Source of the DNA: Centroscyllium fabricii
Taxonomy: Eukaryota
Direction: 5' to 3'
DNA: 64,000 nt
Assembly (NCBI GenBank): GCA_051313645.2
Contig: JBNRSN020000007.1
Coordinates: 3,224,001-3,288,000, forward strand
Positions 62,926-64,000 of this stretch are shown here, one piece after another. The position numbers and the translations under genes were made by a program. The stretch's first letter is position 1. Each line of letters opens with the position of its first letter. Under the pieces are notes generated by a model. That model was not told where the DNA came from and did not search any database. It saw only the letters and a program-made list of their open reading frames with translations.

Positions 62926-64000
62926 GGTCACTGGTACACACCTCTTACTCTGGGGGGGGGGGGGGGGGGGGGGTTGCGAGGCTCTCGGGTCACCGGTACA
63001 CACCTCTTGGTCTGGGGGGGGGGTGAGGGTACACAAAGGTCTCGGTCACTGGTACACCTCTTGGTCGGGGGGGGGGGGGGGGGGGGGTGAGGGTACACGA
63101 GGCTCTCGGTCACTGGTACACCTCTTACTCTGGGGGGGTGAGGGTACACAGGGCTCTCGGGTCACTGGTACACCTCTTACTCTGGGGGGGTGAGGGTACA
63201 CAGGGCTCTCGGGTCACTGGTACACCTCTTACTCTGGGGGGGTGAGGGTACACGAGGCTCTCGGGCCACTGGTACACCTCTTACTCTGGGGGGGTGAGGG
63301 TACACAGGGCTCTCGGGTCACTGGTACACCTCTTACTCTGGGGGGGGTGAGGGTACACGAGGCTCTCGGTCACTGGTACACACCTCTTGCTCAGTGGGTG
63401 AGGGTACACGAGGCTCTCGGTCACTGGTACACACCTCTTGCTCGGGGGGTGAGGGTACACGAGACTCTTGGGTCACTGGTACACACCTCTTGCTTGGGGG
63501 GGGTGAGGGTACACGAGGCTCTCGGTCACTGGTACACCTCTTGCTTGGGGGGGTGAGGGTACACGAGGCTCTCGGTCACTGGTACACACCTCTTGCTTGG
63601 GGGGGTGAGGGTACACGAGGGTCCTGGTCACTGGTACACCTCTTGGTCTGGGGGGTGAGGGTACACGAGGCTCTTAGTCACTGGTACACCTATTGGTCTG
63701 GGGGGGTGAGGGTACACGAGGGTCTCGGTCACTGGTACACACCTCTTGGTCTGGGGGGTGAGGGTACACGAGGCTCTCGGTCACTGGTACCTCTTGGTCG
63801 GGGGGGTGAGGGTACACGAGGCTCTCGGGTCACTGGTACACCTCTTACTCTGGGGGGGTGAGGGTACACGGGGCTCTCGGGTCACTGGTACACCTCTTAC
63901 TCTGGGGGGGTGAGGGTACACGAGGCTCTCGGGTCACTGGTACACCTCTTACTCTGGGGGGGTGAGGGTACACGGGGCTCTCGGGTCACTGGTACACCTC
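62924..64000. repeat. G-run minisatellite of about 52 bp, about 20 copies, continuing past the window edge
   Basis: Unit GGGTGAGGGTACACGAGGCTCTCGGGTCACTGGTACACCTCTTACTCTGGGG. Confidence 0.95.

Overview
Vertebrate genomic DNA, most likely a cartilaginous fish (shark-type CR1 LINEs, HE1-like V-SINEs and a Deu-domain SINE); nothing here is prokaryotic. The whole window lies inside one minus-strand gene of the MAP7/ensconsin family, best matching MAP7D3. I reconstructed 12 internal coding exons (60025 down to 3606) with GT-AG sites whose phases chain without a stop; start and stop codons lie outside the window. The introns hold decayed CR1, Penelope and Rex1 fragments, SINEs, MITEs and many large minisatellites, several grown from TE motifs. 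Main observations: (1) a very young non-coding LTR element with 1.7/1.3-kb LTRs around only 144 bp of internal sequence (tRNA-Pro PBS, PPT, CATG target duplication); (2) a minimal hammerhead ribozyme in a Penelope remnant; (3) a CpG-rich Tigger-like element with a 150-bp hairpin; (4) a coding 33-bp repeat expansion (KRPSSPSSTGA x9). Family assignments come from recalled consensus motifs, not database searches. Most ORFs in the supplied track are repeat or TE artefacts.
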